A stretch of 64,000 nucleotides of DNA, from positions 704,001 through 768,000 of the forward strand of contig JAVJNR010000003.1 of the NCBI GenBank assembly GCA_040217195.1. Direction: 5' to 3'. A program made the translations under genes and the position numbers. Below the pieces are notes generated by a model that worked only from the letters and a program-made list of their open reading frames with translations, searched no databases and was not told where the DNA came from. The stretch is from Leptospiraceae bacterium. Its GTDB lineage: Bacteria; Spirochaetota; Leptospiria; Leptospirales; Leptonemataceae. Of this stretch, positions 60,353 through 64,000 are shown piece after piece (position 1 is the stretch's first letter; every line of letters begins with the position of its first letter).

Positions 60353-61846
60353 TTAATTCATTCCGACTACGGTTTCGAACATGATCTTGGTTCCCAGCTT
60401 AAGGTTGTCCTGGCTCAAGTATTCATTATCCGAATGAGTGCTGCCCAGTTCTTCTGAATTCAGCATCACCGGTGTGAGGCCATAGCAGAGTAATCCAATT
60501 TCGCGCAGATAGGTGTTGTCGGTGTTTCCTGGAGTGATCAGCGGCGTTACAACCGCTTCGGGCACATTCTGTACACTAACTCTGGCCATTACTTTGAAGA
60601 ATTCCGAATCCATGGGCGATGAGTTGGGCATGATAGTACCTATTGGCTTGATCTTGATGCCATATGGTTCAGCCAGTTTTTCCAGTTTTGCCAGATACTT
60701 CTCTGGAGTGGTGTTGGGTAACAGTCGGATATCTACCTTGGCGAACGCCTGATCTGCCACTACATTGATTCCCTCATCCTCATTGGTATTCAACCCGGTA
60801 AGGGCTCGAGTATTGCTGGTCATGGCCACCAGGTATCGGTTGCCCTTCAATGCAGGTAAAATCAAAGGTCTTACCAGAGGGTTGTTATTGCGTTTCATGA
60901 AGAATGATACAGGAAAGCTATAGGCCTCACCCATTTGATAGAGAAAGGTTTCCATCTCCGGCACGATGGTAAGATCCGTTTCCATATCTTGAAGCGCATT
61001 TAAGAATCTTACCATGTTCAGAAGTGCGTATTCACCGGGTGGACGCGCTCCATGACTGGATTCCCCTTTAACGGAAAGTTCCGCCCAGATCTTACCTTTT
61101 TCCGCCCATTGGATGTTAAATATCTTACTTCCTTCTACGGCCACACCTTCAGTGCCCAGGCCACCTTCATTGAATACATATTTATAACCTTCGAACACAT
61201 CCCTGTGTTGATCCACCATGTACTTGACGCCATATTTTCCGTCGCTTTCTTCATCAGCCAGAACCAGCAGCATTAGCTTTCGCTTCAATGGTACATCCAA
61301 TCGTTTCACCAGTAACATGGACATTAATCCCATTACCACATGGCCTTTCATATCGATGGCACCACGGCCCCAGATTTTACCATCGATCAGGGCGCCGGAG
61401 AAAGGAGGCTGTCGCCATTTCTCTTCATTTACTTCTACAACATCGGAATGACCCGTTAGAATAATTCCTTCATCTTTCATGGAAGAATCCATGTTATCAG
61501 GAATGATTTCAGCCACAAGGTTGGAGCGAGTGGGATCCTCGGGATGCTGATAAATACGAACTTCGATTCCTTCGCTTTCTAGAATCTTCTTAATGTAGAG
61601 ACTAACCTGATGCTCATTGCCCCGGATGGTTTTCATCCGAAGTAGATCCTGCAGATAGCCGGTGGCTTCATCCGTTACCGCAGGCCAATTAATATTCTGC
61701 GCTTTTTGAGGGTCCAGTCTGGTGATTTCGCCTTCATCTGCCATTTCAAGAGGCGATGCAGTCCAGAGTGCTGTGATCACCAGCAAGAGTAAAAGCAGGG
61801 AACCAACGATGATAAGGATCTTCTTTACGAGGGAAAGTCTGGACAT
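60353..61846 (-). CDS. M20/M25/M40 metallopeptidase with N-terminal membrane anchor
   Basis: GHSDVV, WGRGAIDMKG, DEE, NEGG, HG..P, TD, H..NE. Confidence 0.92.
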   Translation of the reverse strand: MSRLSLVKKILIIVGSLLLLLLVITALWTASPLEMADEGEITRLDPQKAQNINWPAVTDEATGYLQDLLRMKTIRGNEHQVSLYIKKILESEGIEVRIYQHPEDPTRSNLVAEIIPDNMDSSMKDEGIILTGHSDVVEVNEEKWRQPPFSGALIDGKIWGRGAIDMKGHVVMGLMSMLLVKRLDVPLKRKLMLLVLADEESDGKYGVKYMVDQHRDVFEGYKYVFNEGGLGTEGVAVEGSKIFNIQWAEKGKIWAELSVKGESSHGARPPGEYALLNMVRFLNALQDMETDLTIVPEMETFLYQMGEAYSFPVSFFMKRNNNPLVRPLILPALKGNRYLVAMTSNTRALTGLNTNEDEGINVVADQAFAKVDIRLLPNTTPEKYLAKLEKLAEPYGIKIKPIGTIMPNSSPMDSEFFKVMARVSVQNVPEAVVTPLITPGNTDNTYLREIGLLCYGLTPVMLNSEELGSTHSDNEYLSQDNLKLGTKIMFETVVGMN

Positions 61847-61967
61847 GGGATCGGTTTTGACGTAGATCCCTGAATCAGTAAATCGCTTTTTTCAAATCCG
61901 GAAGGGGCCCTCTACGAAGCGAAGCAGGCCCCATCGAGGATGAAATTCCTGAAATCTAAGGCTGACT

Positions 61968-63311
61968 TCATGAGACTCTGCTCAGAACTTCGTCTCGCGC
62001 TCTCTGGCCGGATTCCACTGCTCCATCGAAATATCCCATCCATCGCTCGGCCGTTTCTGTACCTGCCCAGTGAATGCGACCAGCTGGCTCTCTAAGGTAT
62101 TTACCGTAATGCATCATGGTACCCGGAATCATAAGTCCAGTATAGCATCCACCGCTCCATTCATCCATGGTCCAGTTTTTCTCAACGTAACCGATGGGTC
62201 TGTCCGCTTTCGGACCAAAGAAGCGTACCAGAGTGCGAATAATAGCAGCCTTCCTCTCTTCTTCAGTGGCAATGGCATAACGCCTTCCTTCTTCACCTTC
62301 CAGGAAGCCCACCAGGTATCCACGAGGATCGTCCGGCAAACAGGCATCAAAAACTGGACCAAACGGCCCCTTATCGCTAATGGCCATACCTGCCATATCA
62401 TCGCTTCTCCAGAAAGGCTTTTCGTAAGCAACTATGGCTTTTGTTACCGAGCCCATGGGCATTCTACGGGCCAGACTCAGTCGCTCCATCGGAGCCGGTG
62501 AGAAATGAATTCCGGTCATTAGATTGGGAGAAAGAGCTACTATGCAGAATCGACCTCGGTGCTGCCCTCTCTGTGTGCGGACCAGGACTTCCGACTCATC
62601 TTGCTCTATGGAGAGCACCGGGCTGGAAAGTGAGATATTTTCTGGTCCCATTCGATCCGCCATTTTCCTGGCAATTTGAAAGGCTCCACCCAGGATTCGA
62701 TCCTGCTGAGCAGCACCTTCTACATCGGCCAGGAGCTCAAAACTGCCGGCTCCCTGTATATAGTTCAAAAAATAGAGAAAGGAAATTTCAGAGGATTCTC
62801 CAGAAAAAATGGCTCGAATGGCAATTCGGATCATTTCCCTGGCAATTTTAGTGGGGACTCCCTGAATCCAGTGCTCGGCTGTAATGGTATCCAGAGCCTC
62901 TGCCCTGTGGTCCTTCCAGGGTTCCTGAGCCAGGGATTGGGCAAGCCGGTTTATCTTCTTGATGGCCCGATCTGCTGAAAGCAAGGAGAGAATTGGCAGG
63001 CGTGGAATGACTCCTTTATACCTGGTCAATTTACCGTGCATTTCCACCAGCTGAAAGCCTTCACTGTGCTGAGGGAATGTGCTCAGCTCCAATTCCTGGA
63101 TTAAACCCATGATCCTGGTCTGGGTAGGGCCCACCCACTGACCGCCTAGATCGAAAGACCGGTCCAGGAGTTTCCCTTCCATGGTCCGTCCCCCCACTCG
63201 ATCCCTGGCCTCCAGAACCTGAACGCTCCGGCCTGCCTTTTTTAGCTCATGGGCTGCGGTCAGGCCAGCCAGACCGGCTCCTACAATGATGACATCCTTC
63301 ACTTCTTCCAT
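61968..63311 (-). CDS. Flavin monoamine oxidase family protein
   Basis: GAGLAGL, EARDRVGGR, DLGGQW, WAGTETA..W.GY.DGA..SG. Confidence 0.93.
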   Translation of the reverse strand: MEEVKDVIIVGAGLAGLTAAHELKKAGRSVQVLEARDRVGGRTMEGKLLDRSFDLGGQWVGPTQTRIMGLIQELELSTFPQHSEGFQLVEMHGKLTRYKGVIPRLPILSLLSADRAIKKINRLAQSLAQEPWKDHRAEALDTITAEHWIQGVPTKIAREMIRIAIRAIFSGESSEISFLYFLNYIQGAGSFELLADVEGAAQQDRILGGAFQIARKMADRMGPENISLSSPVLSIEQDESEVLVRTQRGQHRGRFCIVALSPNLMTGIHFSPAPMERLSLARRMPMGSVTKAIVAYEKPFWRSDDMAGMAISDKGPFGPVFDACLPDDPRGYLVGFLEGEEGRRYAIATEEERKAAIIRTLVRFFGPKADRPIGYVEKNWTMDEWSGGCYTGLMIPGTMMHYGKYLREPAGRIHWAGTETAERWMGYFDGAVESGQRARDEVLSRVS

Positions 63312-63346
63312 TTTTTCCCCCTGCTTTCCCTTTCTTGATCATTAAA

Positions 63347-63360
63347 ATATACGCGTATAT
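63347..63360. promoter_or_regulatory. Perfect 14-bp palindrome; probable TetR operator
   Basis: ATATACGCGTATAT between the divergent amine oxidase and TetR genes. Confidence 0.65.
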
Positions 63361-63489
63361 CTAAATTTTCGGATGCATCCCTTTTTCTGCTCGCTCTGCT
63401 CAAACTGGCTCATACACTTGGAGCCGTGTAGTCTCGAAAATAGACCAGGCAACCGAGAAGAGTCAGATTCAGCCATTTAGAGAATTTCC

Positions 63490-64000
63490 ATGTCTAGCTC
63501 AGCAACCAGAGGCCCATCCGGGGCCAAACGCGGAAGGCCGGCCTTAACAGCACAAGAATTGGAGGAAGGCAGACAACATATTCTGTCTGTGGCTCGCTCC
63601 CTGTTCCAGAAGGATGGCTACGAAGCTGTCACAATTAGAAAGATCATGGAGCATACTTCCAGGTCTCCCATGATGTTCTATCGCTACTTTGCAAACAAAC
63701 GTGCAGTCATCCGATTTATCTGGGCAGACATTCTAACCAACTTCTTTGACCATTGCAAGGATTCCATCAGCCGAATTCAGAGTCCGGAGTTTCGCCTGGA
63801 GGGATTCTTGCGAGCAGCCATTCACTTCTGGCTGGATCGACCGGATGATTTTCGCATTCTCTATTTAAACCAGGACAGACTGGAATCAGACGAAGATTCC
63901 TATTTTGCACATGAACCAGAAGGGTATGCCCAGAGCGAAATCATTGATGAGTTACTTCTGGAATGGAATGGCCAGATCAACGCCCAGGATCTTCCACTCT
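63490..64000 (+). CDS. TetR-family regulator, truncated by the window end (absent from the ORF track)
   Basis: Manual translation: MSSSATRGPSGAKRGRP...ILSVARSLFQKDGYEAVTIRKI....RSPMMFYRYFANK. Confidence 0.88.
   Translation, partial: MSSSATRGPSGAKRGRPALTAQELEEGRQHILSVARSLFQKDGYEAVTIRKIMEHTSRSPMMFYRYFANKRAVIRFIWADILTNFFDHCKDSISRIQSPEFRLEGFLRAAIHFWLDRPDDFRILYLNQDRLESDEDSYFAHEPEGYAQSEIIDELLLEWNGQINAQDLPL

Noticed and set aside
61897..61932. SRP RNA-like CCGGAAG...GAAGCAG
   Set aside because: It lacks the contiguous CAGG..CGGAAGGAAGCAG domain IV and long stem; better explained as a simple GGGGCC/GGCCCC hairpin

Overview
A gene-dense bacterial chromosomal segment of about 50% GC, most likely from a free-living Leptospiraceae spirochaete. 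That assignment is an inference from spirochaetal lipoboxes, a Len/DUF1554-type lipoprotein and a membrane-anchored AraC regulator. There are about 55 CDS, mostly housekeeping, metabolic and signalling genes: panD, bioA, a PPi-type PFK, etfBA, pth, dnaX-ybaB-recR, cysI-cysD-cysN, cysH-cobA, two fatty-acid desaturases, a class II photolyase, and arsS with its CMD partner. I saw no rRNA, tRNA, transposase or cas gene. The most unusual signal is non-coding: a bipartite array (26586-27029) of ten same-orientation 11-bp repeats (TTATGTCNYAT) at about 29-bp period, resembling the XerD arm of dif. Other notable items are an Amt ammonium-channel/chemoreceptor fusion, an orphan Dcm-like methyltransferase paired with a MIG-like mismatch glycosylase instead of Vsr or a restriction enzyme, and several candidate operators visible directly in the DNA.
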